Of a stretch of DNA of 64,000 nt, positions 50,961-62,816 are shown in pieces. The stretch is from Chiloscyllium plagiosum (taxonomy: Eukaryota), in NCBI RefSeq assembly GCF_004010195.1, contig NC_057718.1, positions 92,288,765 to 92,352,764 of the forward strand, read 5' to 3'. Within the stretch, counting starts at the first letter, position 1; each line of letters begins with the position of its first letter. Made by a program: the position numbers and the translations under genes. Under the pieces are notes generated by a model. That model had not been told where the DNA came from. It ran no database searches and saw only the letters and a list, made by a program, of their open reading frames with translations.

Positions 50961-53900
50961 GCACCTCAGCTGTGAAACACGGTCGGGAAACAGCCAGTGC
51001 ACCCAGTCAAAACAAGAGAGTATACATTTCAGAAGTGAACCTTGTCATTTCAACATCGTGAGCATTATTCCAAACACTGGAACACATACTGGGTGGAATT
51101 CAATATTGCAATTCGCACTTCATATGTATTATGCGTAATTTATAATTAAAAAGGATCTCACACGACATTATAAAGTCATAGTCAATGCAGTGATAATTAT
51201 GGCAAAATAATATCTTGATTTTGATTTATCCGCCTTGTGATTTCAACTGTAGCTTTTTTGTGGTAATGTGTTCAGAAACATGTTTTGAAAAATTAACTCA
51301 ATATAATATTAATTATTACAATTTCAATGATTGAGCACGTGACGCTCAGTGGGCTTGATAGAGATGTCATTCCAAAGTCAATACCGTAATTGTTTATTTA
51401 GTACTTGTGCACACTTACAAGCGATACACTGTACATTTAGAAAAAAAACATGGAGACTGTCCACAGCATTATTTTGATTAGTGTTTTAAACACAAATGTA
51501 CTGGTCAACAAATACATCTGGCGTGGCGAAATATTTTCGAACCTTTCTTTTTACAAAAGGACATTTTATCAACACAACTCATTTAAACTAAACGAAGGGC
51601 TTATTATTGAAAACGACTTTTCCATTATTTGAAGGACACGTTTCTTTATTGCAGGTGTACCTATAAGAGATATATTAGCCGTTATGGAAAACTCGCTTTT
51701 GCACTAACAGAATATACAAACGGCGATTTTAAAGTTGAAGCTGAAAAAATCGCGATAAAATAAATATCATGACAGGATTAAAAAGGCAAAATCGTTAACG
51801 CAGAAGAGTCGATTTTATGATTCTATGATACGATGCACCATAAATTATTGATGCATCAGGTAACCGAACTTAATCCACTCGCGTCGGTGGTGAAAGTATG
51901 TCCCGGGTTCATATTTATTAGATATCGTGTCGTGTTGGCGAGACCCACTTGGCTGCACTACTCGACGTAGTCTGTTACCAATTACTGTACTTCTGGTTTT
52001 ACGAGAGACTCTTGTAACACCACCGCGTTTCTTATACTGCACCTGATCCTTCAGATAACTAAGGCAGTTCCACTTCTCATGGTGATAGTAAGTTTGAGAA
52101 GCGAAGCTCAACACAAATAAAGTTGAAATGGACATCTATACATTTTATGGCATAATATCATCGCTATAATGCAGTCAGGTGGCCCAGAAACCACATCCAG
52201 TTTATAAAAGCCTCGGTGAACCGCAGCTGCGGGCAAATGAAGCCTTTGGTATGCAGACTGCACTTCACAGTTAGCAAATCATGTGCTTTCGGAAGCATTG
52301 TATACCCACAATCTTTTTGTAAGGATAGGTAACAAATTTGACCTTGTCTTTAAAAAAAATCTGCATTAGAGATCCGTGGACGTTGCAAACCGAAGTCCTT
52401 CCACTTGCACTGAGTACGAGATCAGTATGTAACAGTCCACTTTACAAATTAAAAGATCGTCCAAAATTAAACCATGGCAAGTGATTATTTTAAGTAACTC
52501 ATTTAAATTTGTAAGGTCTTGATGTACAATGACCTTACAGTACATGAGTTTATAAATAAATCAGAACCCGATTTCCTCAACTCGTGGAGTAGGTCGTGGC
52601 GGGGTATTTAAATTGCTGTGAAGTTTAGCGTTATTATTTATTCAGTTATTAATATGTGAACCGCCAAGAACATTTCCAGACATATTGAAAGATGTGTTTC
52701 TGTTACACTTAGGACGCCTGATGTTTGATTCACACTGGATTTCGTTCTCCAGAGATGCACAACGCGATAAATGCAGCAATTTTCTCCAATGGGCAGCTTT
52801 GAAGAACATGGCAATTTCAAGCTGCTGGATGTTATTTAGTGTAATAAGAAATAAAACGATCCTATTTCTGAAATAACAGTGTCTATCATCAGTTGAACTA
52901 CACTGAAAAGGTAATTGTTTCCTGATGATAGATCCATTACAGCCGATCGTGGCCTAAAATCATCCAATGCACCGTGAAAATGAAGGGCAAAATCGGTCTT
53001 TGCACCTTAATCATCAGAGTAAGTTTGTGCCTAGGCCAACAGTTGTATGCTGCACTCAGTCGAGCCAGCCCCTGGTCCTAGTCATTGAATTCTCGGTTGC
53101 AAAGGTTAGAAGACCTCATATTAGATAGTTTTAGTTTCTCCCTACCAACAATTACAATCAGAGGGAAATAGTTGAATCTAGCACACGGGGGCATTGAAAT
53201 TACTGTTTCAAGAGGGTTTAAATTGTAGCTAAATTGTGTGTGTGATTTTTAAAAATCATTTTCGATGTCGTTTCTGTTTCTAAGAAATATTTCTATGAGG
53301 GTTAATATTAGCGCTCGATGATGAAAAATGCCACAATGTGCTCCGTAGTTTTAAAACATCGCATTTACACAAGGCAGAATATCACAGGTTCAAAGCATAT
53401 TAGTCTCGTAATTATTTTGACTTGCTGCTGAAGATCGATTATCCGTAACAGTCTTGGTCCCGCGTCCGTGGGAAATATCATCAACAGCCCCACATGGGGA
53501 AACACAACTTGTTTTGAGTATTGTTCGTCACTGGTTTGTCATGTCTATCGATCGGAACAATCCATCATCACTAGACGATGTAGATTATAATATGTTGTGT
53601 TAATTATTAACGCCGTTCCAATGTAAGCATCACTGTATGTGTGAAAAGAAATGCAAAGCTTTCTGAAATAACCAATTATTTTGTTTAGTTTTTGTTTAGT
53701 TGTTATCGCTTATGCTCACGATCCAGTTGTACAATGACGCGACGAAGCAATATTCCACCACTGGCATTTCTATTCTGATGAGAAATAAAATTTTTATCCT
53801 GGAAAAAATAACATCCAGCCAAAAAATAATGCAATAGACGAGGGATGTAGTAGAAAGCGAAGCAGCATCGTGGTTTCATTTTCAAAAGTGCTCAATTATT

Positions 53901-55537
53901 AGGACTTTACAAAAGGGAATCTAATGGAGGAAAGGCCAAAGGCACTCAGACAGTGGCTGTTCCATACATTGCATCCTATTAACTCAGGTTGTAACTCTTA
54001 AAAGATGATAGCAGCAGATGATTCCGTGTAAGCGCTGTTTTAGCTCTGACATTATTTATAGAGCCTACTAATAGCGCTAACAGTGGAAACCAGGGCTAAT
54101 TAAGCGTCCTCTCGGATGCTCGCACCATTTGACCCGTGTTACTATCGCTGTCCTGGAGTGCAAATGGGAAAAGAGAGGACGAGGGTTAACTAACTGAATC
54201 GATCTACATAAGAAGCTTTGTTTATAGTTTATTAAACATACAACTTGAATAGACTAATTATCTGCATGTTACATATGTTTGACGACCAATCTGTCATCAT
54301 GAACAATGCTTTCACTTTTATGTGTTGGGAGATTCGGAACGCTTACAAGAGTTCTAACGCGAAAAGCCTATCCCTCAGTTTGGCAGCTCTTCTAGCGGAA
54401 ACAGTGAGAAAGTAACAAATATTATGAAGCAAAATATTGGAAAATGTTACTATGTGTTTAAGATGCGATACATTAACAATTAGGAATGGTAAGAGTATAG
54501 CGCAATATTGAACTTTAGTTGCAATATTATTTTAAAAGATGGATTTTTAATATTATTTAGAAATACTTTGGAGGAAATACAGCCTCGCGTCTACATGAGC
54601 GAAAGTTATTTTAATGAGTTTCAACGAGTTTATACAAATTATAGTGATTAACGAGATTATTTGGCAGATCTCAACATCACACTCAACTTTTTATTATGTT
54701 GTCGACGTGTGACACAATATGAACAAAGTAAATTTGAAATTCACAACGCGGATATTATTTATTTAATGTGTTATGAACAACTGTTGATATGCATCATGAT
54801 TATACTTGTATATCACGTCTCTGCAATTTTAAGGACCTATATTAAATGTTCCACATCAACGTTTTGTCTAACTAATTATAGTTACATTTATTGTCGATAG
54901 GTCTTTGTGAGGTTGTTGATCACGATCTTTTATTTTGTTGCGAAGATCTGCCTGGAATAAAGTGAAACAGATGCTCCTGTGTTTGTCAGCTGTTACTGTT
55001 TGTAAAAGGTCAAAGTAGGAGGCAGAGAAGGACCAGGCAACGAAGCAATTAAGTAGAGAAGGCAGAATGCTGCAGACTGGCTCCAAATTTATACAAGAGA
55101 GATGGGGCAAAAGAAGGTATAGAAGTAGCGGTGCAGTATAAAATCAAAGGAACTTCATACTCCACATTAACATAGTTATTTATTCATTGAATTTTTGTTT
55201 CCATCTATATCCAGCACACATAAAATATGCACTTCAGAAGGGCTCATTATTCCAAGAGAACTGAACCATAAGACATTCTTTTCTTTAGTCAAATAGATTT
55301 AGTTTATCTTGATTCAATTCTCTAATTTGTTGCCTAATCGTGACAGAATTACTAAAGTTGTATAATTGCACGAATGTATAAGCTCCTTTTTACTTTGCAC
55401 AGATGGTATCTTGTGAATAATCGCAAAAATTGATTTTTTTAAAGAAATGCTTAACCCTTAATATATACGGAATCTCATTGTCACCAGAGATATTGCAGAG
55501 TTTCGGAAATAGACAAAAACAATCCGAATTGCTTTTT

Positions 55538-55800
55538 GGGTGGCACAGTGGTTAGCACTGCTGCCTCAGGCGACTGACTGGGTGGAGTTTGCACATTCTC
55601 CCCGTGTCTGCGTGGGTTTGCTCCGATTTCCTCCCACAGTCCAAAAATGTGCAGGTTAGGTGAATTGGCCATGCTAAATTGCCCGTAGTATTAGGTGAAG
55701 GGATAAATGTAGGGGAATGGGTCTGGGTGGGTTGCGCTTCGGCGGGTCGGTGTGGACTTGTTGGGCCGAAGGGCCTGTTTCCACACTGTAAGTAATCTAA
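55538..55800 (+). mobile_element. HE1-type SINE with CpGs retained
   Basis: gggtggcacagtggttagcactgctgcctca...ttcggcgggtcggtgtggac...ggccgaagggcctgtttccacactgta. Confidence 0.92.
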
Positions 55801-56690
55801 TCATAATGGCGTTAACAGACCTATTTAACATTTAGATCCTAGAAACGTTTTGTTTTAATCTTTGTTAGGAAACGGTTTCTTGCAATTTATGAATAATTTA
55901 TGTTCATTTAAAATAGAGTCATCTAATATCCCACAACGTATCATGTGCACAATAATATCGGAGAGTTAAAATACAAGTTTTCAGTATTGCACTCTTACGC
56001 TATCCAGTTGTAATTCTACACCCAAATAGTGTCATTTACACACACATTGACATATGGTTAGATATTTTTATGGTTTGGATGATCAGATATTGGGAATGCT
56101 TTTCGTGAAACGAAACTTAGCACAGAAGACTTATCAGTTCCTTCACAGGTAAAATCATGAAGGTTCAGTGGATTTCCTTCAATTGTTACGGTTGGCATAA
56201 TTGATACAGGTCCAAACGTGCGCAAGATAAAAGAGAATATAAATACAGAGTGCAGGACATGATTTGCCGACCCACTACATATTGGCATGATTTGTGCAGC
56301 ATTTTGCAATATAATGAAGATATGCTGCATTGAGGAGTTGCAGGTGTGAATCTTCTGATACTTGTTTGCTGTTGACAAAGTTTACCTTAGCGACAATTTG
56401 TCATAAAACCATGAATACATGATACTGACTTTTACGTTGTCTATCCAATTGAAATTCTCCTGCTCAGTTATACCAATCTCATCCAGCAATCATTTTCTGA
56501 ACTGAGTGGATGGCCATCTTTTGTAGTTTAAAAGCACGCCCTTTTGTTTTTGAGCTGCACTTCTCAATAACAGCGAACATCCTACAATTTTCTAATTACT
56601 CACAATTACTGCAGTGACATAAATCCACCAACTAAATGTATATTACAGTTGAAGCATGTTGGTGGGGTGGGAGTAATGGGACTGGGCGCG

Positions 56691-56704
56691 GTTGCTATGG
56701 TAAC
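56691..56704. promoter_or_regulatory. RFX X-box
   Basis: GTTGCTATGGTAAC fits the GTTNCCATGGNAAC-type palindrome and ends 30 bp upstream of the ATG in a GC/CpG-rich island. Confidence 0.8.
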
Positions 56705-56733
56705 GCTGCAAGCCGGTGCTGGCTGTGGCGGAC

Positions 56734-56798
56734 ATGGCGGCTAACGATCCGGCCTTCCTGGAGAAATTGGGCGAACTGCAGCGGCAACTGCACGGCAG
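56734..56798 (+). CDS. KIZ: First coding exon, probably kizuna centrosomal protein
   Basis: Strong Kozak gacATGG; MAANDPAFLEKLGELQRQLHG+AG then donor CAG|gtgagc (phase 2). Aligns with the recalled human KIZ exon 1 end (PDYYERLGQLQHGLRD-S, also phase 2). The X-box fits a centrosomal/ciliary gene. Downstream exons not found in the window. Confidence 0.78.
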
Positions 56799-57564
56799 GT
56801 GAGCTTCCAGTTTTCTCTCTCTCTCGCCCAACCCTTTCCTGGTTTCGGGATCGTCTCGGAAGAACGGTAATTCCGTCCTCCCCCTCTCAACGGCGCTAGG
56901 CCACGGCCTCGTGCCTGCAGGCCTCACGCGAAGCCTCGGGCTCGAGTGCGAGGCTAACCAGCGGCCGCGATAAGTAGATCGAGTCTGTCGCCCGTCGGGG
57001 TTTTCCAGCCAATCGCAGTTGCACCGTTTGGTTTAGCATGGACCAGAAACTCACTTGCTCTTGAAGAGCTGTGAGTCGATTTTCAAAACGAGATACAACC
57101 AGACGCAGGTCCCATTTTGACTAAGAAATTTTTGTTTTTATAATGACATCTCAAGAACTCCTATGGCTTTTAAAATTCAGGGAAGTACTTTTTTAAAAGT
57201 ATAGTTTTGCTTGTAATCAAACAAATGGGGCAGTCTAATGTTGCTTGTGTCTTTTAAAATCACAGTCAGACTTTTCGAAGTTTCTGTTCAGAACTCCTCT
57301 AATTCAACAAGTGCTCTGAAAACGTTTGCTCCAGATGGGGCTTTATATGTCACTCAAAATGAATGATACCTGACTCATCTGTCTTCCATTTGTGTGCTTA
57401 AGAATTTCCTAAATTCCATAACTCAGAATTCTACAATCCTTCAACTCTGGGCTTCTTGTGCACAGTGTAACATTTTTTGTCGAATCAATGTATATGTACG
57501 GTTTTCCGTTATTTAGGCTCCAAACTCTGCCTTTTGAGTTCCTTAAGTTCTGTGCCTGTGCACT

Positions 57565-57680
57565 TCCCTCCTGACAAAGGAGCAGCACTCAGAAAGCTTG
57601 TAATTTCAAACAAACCCGTTGGACTACAGCCTGGTGTCTGGCTTTGTCCACCCCAGTCCAACACTGGCAACTCCACATTT
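57565..57680 (+). mobile_element. Penelope-derived family C fragment
   Basis: cctgacaaaggagcagcactcagaaagcttg...gttggactacagcctggtg...ccccagtccaacactggca. Confidence 0.7.
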
Positions 57681-58074
57681 TGAGCTCCTTAACATCAATG
57701 TCTTTGATTAAGTGTTTAGTCTTGTGTCCTAATATTTCTTTCTTTGGCTTCATGCTGGATTTTGTTTGGTTACACTCCTGTGAAGTGCTTTGGAACATTT
57801 TCCAGGGACAGTGCTTCCCAAACGTTTTCCCATTGTGAGGCTTCAAAATTGCTATGACCCCTCAGTCAGAACTGACAAAACTGAGGCCTGTTGTAACTTG
57901 GTCAGAGCTTCATGGCAGCCTTTGCTGCCTCCGAACTTGTGACCACAAAATTTCAGCTCCCAATTGAGGCCCTAATCCTCACTTTGGAAAGCTGTGTCCT
58001 TTAGTACAAAAATTACCATCTATACGTAGAATTACTGCAACATTGATACATTCTTGGCATTTCTGGAAGTGTAG

Positions 58075-58370
58075 ATGTCAATGGCAAGGCCAGCATTTAT
58101 TCATCCTGAATTCTCCTTGGAATGATGGTGGTTAGCCATCTCCTTAGATCGTTGCAGTCACTATGGTGTGAATGCTCCCACAGTACTGTTATGAAAGAAG
58201 TTCCAGAATTGTGACTCAGTGTCAGTGAAAGAACAACAATATATTTGAAAGTCAGGATGGTATGGGACTTGGAGTGACTTTGTAGATGGTAATATTCCTA
58301 TACACTTGTAGCCCATGAACCTCCAGCTGTTGTTGACTGTAGTTTGGAAGATGATATTGAAGGAATAGTA
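58075..58370 (-). mobile_element. Old LINE 3' fragment (CR1/L2-like)
   Basis: ggcaaggccagcatttatt...gttccagaattgtgactcag...ttgtagatggt; partially similar to 9660-9810. Confidence 0.45.
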
Positions 58371-59342
58371 GAAATTTGAGGTTTATTAAATAGTTCTAAT
58401 GGAGTCTACTTTAAATATATAAAACAGATTGTCATACCTAAGTAAGGTTTTAAATAACATTGCTATTTTTCACAACACTTGATTTCTTTGATTTATCAAT
58501 GCTTTCACTAGTATAGGATAGCCAACTTTTAAAGATTAAAAATGAAAAGAAAAATGTTTTATCCAATTAAGAATCACAAGTATTTAATTCCTTTCAGAAA
58601 TGTTCTGGATTATTTAAGATTACAGCTTCAGTCCTGGGAAAGTGATGGAAAATGTTGATTGATTTTTCAGTATGTGTTATGTTCAGGGTGTTAGCTAGTG
58701 ACAGCTCTCGCAGCACATGTTTGCAATCTCTGATGTTTATTTATTCTAAGTGTTCCTTAACTTTAAATTTGCCAGAATGGATAGTTTCAGTGTAACCGCC
58801 AACACAGTTTACTGAATACATTTGTGGTAAAAATTCCAGTTGTCATTTCTGCATTTAAAGGTGATCAATTTTCAAAAAAATAAGATCCAGTAACTAAAGT
58901 CACTCTAAGTACTAAATGCCTAATTATATTCTCACTGTAATTAGAACAAAAATATTGGTTGTACTGAAATGGATTTTTAATATAATTTTTGATCCTTTTT
59001 CACAATGTTTCCTCAACTGCAGGAACATTATTTAAATTTTGAGCATGTATTGAAACAAATAAAAACAAAGTGCTGGAGAGACACAGCAGCTCTAGTAAAA
59101 TCTATGAAGAGCAAAACCAAGCTAATGCTTTGAGTCCAAATAAATCTTTTTTGGAGCTGTAGTTTTTAAAAATTTTTGGTAGGAAGTTCTGAGTTGATTT
59201 ACATGGTAAAGTATATTTTTAAAATATGCAAATAGATAGAACAGAATACAAAAAATTAGTGCTTTTTTTACTTAGGTACTTCTCACAAGGTCAACATTTT
59301 CAAAATATTTTCTGACACTTAGAGCTTGGACTCCATAAAGAA

Positions 59343-60425
59343 GAATCATAGAATCGTAGATACGTACAGTATGGAAATAGACCCTTCGGTCCAACTCATC
59401 CAGGGTGACCAGATATCCTAATCTAATCTAGTCCCATTTGCCAGCACTTGGCCCATATCCTTCTAAACCCTTCCTATTCATATTCCCATCGATATGCCTT
59501 TTAAATGTTGTAATTATACCAGCCTCCAGTACTTCCTCTGGCAGCTTATTTCATACATACATCACCCTTTGTGTGAAATATTTGCTGCCTAGGTCCCTTT
59601 GAAATCTTTTCCCCCCTCACCTTAAATCTATGCCCTCCAGTTTTGGACTCCCCCATCCTGGGAAAAAGACCTTGTCTATTTACCTTATCCATGCCTCTCA
59701 TGATTTTATAAACCTTTGTAAGGTCACTGCTTGCCCTCTGACGCTCCAGGAAAATAGCTCCAGCCTATTCAGCCCCTCCCTATAGCTCAAACCCTCCAAC
59801 ATCCTTGTAAATCTCTTCTGAGCCCTTTCAAGTTTCACAACAGCTTTCCTCTAACAGGGAGTTCAGAACTCAACACAGTACTCCAAAAGCGGCCTAACCA
59901 ATGTTCTGTAGAGCGGCAGCTCCTATACACAATGCACTGGCCAATAAAGGAAAGTATACTACGCACCTTCTTTACTATCCTATTTACCTATTACTCCACT
60001 TTCAAGGAATTATGAATGCGCTCTCCAACGTCTCATTGTTCAGCAGCATTCCCCAAGACCTTAACATTAAATGTATAAGTCCTTCCCAGATTTGCCTTTC
60101 CAAATTGCAGCACTTCTCATTCATTTAAATTAAACCCCATCTGCCACCCCTCAGCCCATTGGCCCATCTGATCAAAATCCCATTGAAATCTGAGTAAGCT
60201 TCTTTGTTGTCCACTACACCTCCGATTTTGGTGGCTTCTGCAAACTTACTAACAGTACCACCTGTGTTCACATCCAATAAATGATGAAAAGCAGTGGACC
60301 CAGCACCAATCCTGGTGGCACACTACTGGTCACAGGCCTCCAGTCTGAAAATCAACCCTCCATCTTCTACCTTTGAGCTAGTTCTCCCTGTATTCTATGC
60401 GATCTAACCTTGTAAACCAGTCTAT
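59343..60425 (-). mobile_element. CR1 LINE 3' ~1.1 kb
   Basis: gaatcatagaa tail; the reverse complement encodes GLVLGPLLF, KFAEATKIGG, RPLLEYCV, KTGGHRFK. Confidence 0.92.
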
Positions 60426-60559
60426 CAGAGGCAAAGTAATGTAAAAGATATGAAAGAAAGTCAAAAGTTGCTGTAAAAACTAGGTTTAGAAAGTACCTGA
60501 GGTGAGAATAGCACAGTTAATATTTCAGATCAATGACCTTTTGTTGAAACTATTTGATA

Positions 60560-60882
60560 TGGTGGCTCAACTGCTTCCTCACAGCACCAGGAACCCGGGT
60601 TCAATTCCTCAAGTGTCTGTCAGTGGGGAATTTGCACATGCTCACCATGTCTGCGCGGGTTTCCCCCGGGTGTTCCAGTTTCCTTCCACAATCCAAAGAT
60701 GTGCAGGTTAGTTAGATTGGCCATGATAAAATTTCCATAGTGTCCAAGGATCTGTAGGTGAGTTTTACAGATATGGGAAATGCAGGGATATGGAGAGGGT
60801 GTGGGTCTGGGGATGATGTTGTTTGGAGGATCAGTATGCATTCGTTGGGCCGAATGGCCTAATACCACACTGTAGGGATTCT
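60560..60882 (+). mobile_element. HE1-type SINE
   Basis: ggtggctca...cctcacagcaccaggaacccgggttcaattcc...cacactgtagggattc. Confidence 0.88.
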
Positions 60883-61389
60883 GGATGAAAAGGTGCAGAC
60901 CTGAAACTTTAAATCTATTTTTCTTTCTACCAATGCGGCGTGACCTGCTGAGTATTGCCGCATCTTTGGGTTTTCAATTCATAAAGAAAGAAACTTGATT
61001 CATCATTAACAGTTGAATGATATAGAATATTTGCACAATTTCAGTAATTTTGTCTTCACTCCCATCTCCCTTTCAAGAAAAGCTCACTTGTCCATCATAT
61101 TGAGGCAAGCAGGTATCTTGAAAATTTTTAAAAAAAATTTATTTTCCCTCAGTGGTTTCACATCACATCAACATTCTCCAAAAGTATTCTAATTGAACAG
61201 TACATGACACATGAAAATACCACTTAATTATGCCTCAAATTCAGCAATCCATTATAACAGTTCATCATTTTGGAGCTCAAATTATCTTTATATGGACCTG
61301 TTTTATTTCATCAAGTTCCACTTAACCACTATTTACAGTCTTGTTTTGGTACCATTGACCACCAATAGCACTTCCTGTTAATTTGTTGA

Positions 61390-61534
61390 GAGTGTGTTCC
61401 TGGAAAAGCACAGCAGGTCAGAAAGAAGGATTCCGGCCCTAAACGTCAATTTTTCTGCTCCTCGGATGCTGCCTAACCTGCTGGGCTTTTCCAGCAACAC
61501 TCCACTCTGATCTCCAGCATGTGCAGACCTCACT
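61390..61534. mobile_element. Palindromic Penelope-derived family A insertion
   Basis: Inverted arms; about 19-20 bp duplication acttcctgttaatttgttga / acttcctattaattgttga at 61370-61389 and 61535-61553. Confidence 0.8.
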
Positions 61535-62276
61535 ACTTCCTATTAATTGTTGATGCCACTATCTTCAAAGCTATAATTTGTCCTGAAATGGTGCTACTTA
61601 CTCTCTTAGGGCAATATTTATAATCACTGCAGTTGACTGCCTCAAAAAAATAGAATATTATTACTCAGATTGAAGCAGTATTTGAGCGGTAACAGAGTGG
61701 GTTGTTACAATCCTAATGTCTTAAGAAGATTGGGAAAAATTAGGGGAGCAGAAGCATGAATGTTAGTTCTCTTTATTTGGATTTACGCAGTTACTTTCCT
61801 GCAGGAATCAAAAAGGAAGGTCCTTTGATTTATTTTTCTTGAAACGGGCCGCAGATTTCTTTTTGTTTTTTTTGCGATCCCAGCAGTTAGCATTACAGAC
61901 AAATGTGAAAGGTAATTTGCAATGTTTCACTGTTTTTGAAGCTGTGTATTCTAATATTGATGTGGAAACTACAAAATTAAAATAACAATGTTAAATATAT
62001 TTTAATTAATTGATTGTTTTTGCAAATTTAATTCCAGGAGGGTTAGGTCACTTCGAATTTGGTTAAGAATAAATGATTCTTATGAGGCATAGTCCTCTGC
62101 AGATTTATGGAACATATGTATGGTATACTTAGTGAGCTGCACAGTCTATGGTAGTCTAATGTTGATGCTTGTTCAATGCTAAATTGAAGAATTTCAACTT
62201 AACTGCTCAGCAAGGACATTGCCAATGGCTTTGTTCTAGAATTGGCAAAATACTAACTAGGTTTCTTGCTCTTGAC

Positions 62277-62491
62277 TAGGAGAAAGTGAGGACTGCAGAT
62301 GCTGGAGCTCAGAGGCGAGAGTGTAGTGCATGAAAAGCACAGCAGGTCAGGCAACATCCGAGGAGCAGGAGACTTGACATTTCAAGCATAAGCCCTGATT
62401 CCTGATGAAGGGCTTCTTCCCGAAACATCGATTCTCCTGCTCCTCAGATGCTGCCTGACCTGCTGTGCTTTTTCAGCACTACTCTCTCGAC
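62277..62491. mobile_element. Palindromic Penelope-derived family A insertion
   Basis: Core ctgatgaagggcttcttcccgaaac at 62402; 14-bp duplication ttcttgctcttgac / ttcttgcccttgac at 62263-62276 and 62492-62505. Confidence 0.85.
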
Positions 62492-62816
62492 TTCTTGCCC
62501 TTGACCACATTCTACTGCACCTGAAAGTGCACTGTGGACATTGGCTGAGGACAGTGTTAAGTATGGATGTGATGACTCTCCTACCCGATATTTCATTGAC
62601 CTGACCCACATGAGGAGTGGCAATTTGTACCAGGTATTGATGCTAGAGGTGCAGCTGAATCTTGCAATGAGCTTGCAATCTTCAAGAAAAGTGGGCTAAA
62701 GTTAACTTACAATTCAGGCTCAAACTGAAGTAAGGTTTAATGTGTAATCTTTATCTCTGCATTCTCTTATTTTTGTTCAGTTGTTCATGTAGACTTTTCT
62801 TGTTTGATAATCAGTA

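Larger units (their letters stand above)
46550..57110. promoter_or_regulatory. AT-rich, CpG-retaining, repeat-poor domain ending in a GC-rich promoter island
   Basis: CG dinucleotides are visibly frequent here and rare in the flanks (not counted). Only one obvious interspersed repeat in about 10 kb. Confidence 0.7.

Noticed and set aside
46550..55400. Foreign DNA (viral/bacterial insertion or contamination) as the cause of the CpG shift
   Set aside because: No long ORFs on either strand, AT content similar to the flanks, and continuity with a vertebrate promoter. An unmethylated domain is the simpler explanation, though not proven.
56636..56927. ORF-track ORFs of 87 aa (+) and 94 aa (-) over the promoter
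   Set aside because: GC-rich island read-through. The supported frame starts at 56734 and is spliced at 56798.
57808..57998. hAT-like MITE (cagtgcttcccaaac ... tttggaaagctg)
   Set aside because: TIRs too degenerate and no 8-bp TSD identifiable.
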